The notes under the pieces: model-generated
Told to the model about the DNA's origin: nothing
Database searches by the model: none
The model's input: the letters and a program-made list of their open reading frames with translations, nothing else
Translations under genes and position numbers: made by a program
Part shown: positions 63,634-64,000 of the stretch, piece by piece
Layout of the letters: each line of letters opens with the position of its first letter
Position numbering within the stretch: position 1 is the stretch's first letter
Origin: Phoronis australis
Lineage: Eukaryota; Animalia; Phoronida
DNA: 64,000 nucleotides
Assembly: GCA_002633005.1 (NCBI GenBank)
Contig: NMRA01000029.1
Span: 381,396-445,395, forward strand
Reading direction: 5' to 3'

Positions 63634-64000
63634 ATGCCACATTGTTGCTGCGTACCGGGATGTACTCATTATTGTCTCACGCGCGCTTTGGGAATACCCG
63701 GCTTTGCATCGCTTTCCGAAGGATGGCACATTTCGCCGTCAGTACTTGGCCCGTTCGGGTAACGCACCGTTGCCCGTCCACGCAACGTTCGAAGCAGTGG
63801 AGGGTTACCGAGTGTGTGGCAACCATTTTCTGTCGTCAGATTACGAGAGAGATATGTAGGCTGAATTGATGAAGGTACCTGTAAAACAACGCCTGAAGAA
63901 GGGTGCTATACCGTCGCTGTTGATTCCCGGCAGTGCTCCATCGCCACCCCCGAGAAGTGCACTTTTGAAGCCAGAAGCCTCGCGAGCTGTGGCCACTACA
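63634..64000 (+). pseudogene. THAP zinc-finger ORF disrupted by a frameshift and a stop (probably transposon-derived; runs off window)
   Basis: MPHCCCVPGC, frameshift at ~63690-63700, then LHRFPKD..FRRQYL...RVCGNHFLSSDYERDM*AELM...RLKKGAIPSL. The C2CH ligands and an AVPT-like box are present. Confidence 0.82.

Overview
This is AT-rich (roughly 36-38% GC by eye) eukaryotic DNA from a draft assembly, with N gaps at 2882-3040 and 50582-50720 and single Ns at 6993, 15031, 26026 and 61982. The repeat families suggest a marine invertebrate, but that is inference. It is not prokaryotic, and nearly all ORF-track entries are spurious or are exon fragments. The left half (about 31.2 kb down to position 1, minus strand) holds the 5' part of a large spliced gene. 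I traced 18 GT-AG exons by hand, all phase-compatible, giving about 1390 codons that run off the window. The predicted protein has a hydrophobic N-terminus, a Cys-rich EGF-like segment, one cadherin-like domain ending in a furin-type site (RHRR), and at least 7 tandem ~150-175 aa beta-rich repeats, each bounded by phase-0 introns. Its introns contain two inverted TTAA-flanked THAP-bearing (Kolobok-like) elements, tRNA-derived SINEs, MITEs, a piggyBac relic and a 41-bp minisatellite. The right half is mostly repeats: a LINE RT fragment, MITEs, and a ~20-kb head-to-tail array of a diverged ~1.8-1.9 kb unit. That array is invaded by DINE-1/Helentron-type elements carrying ~140-bp-spaced CTCF-consensus motifs. 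A disrupted THAP ORF lies at the right edge. Two local duplications flanking single Ns look like haplotype assembly artefacts. All coordinates were read by hand and no database search was run.
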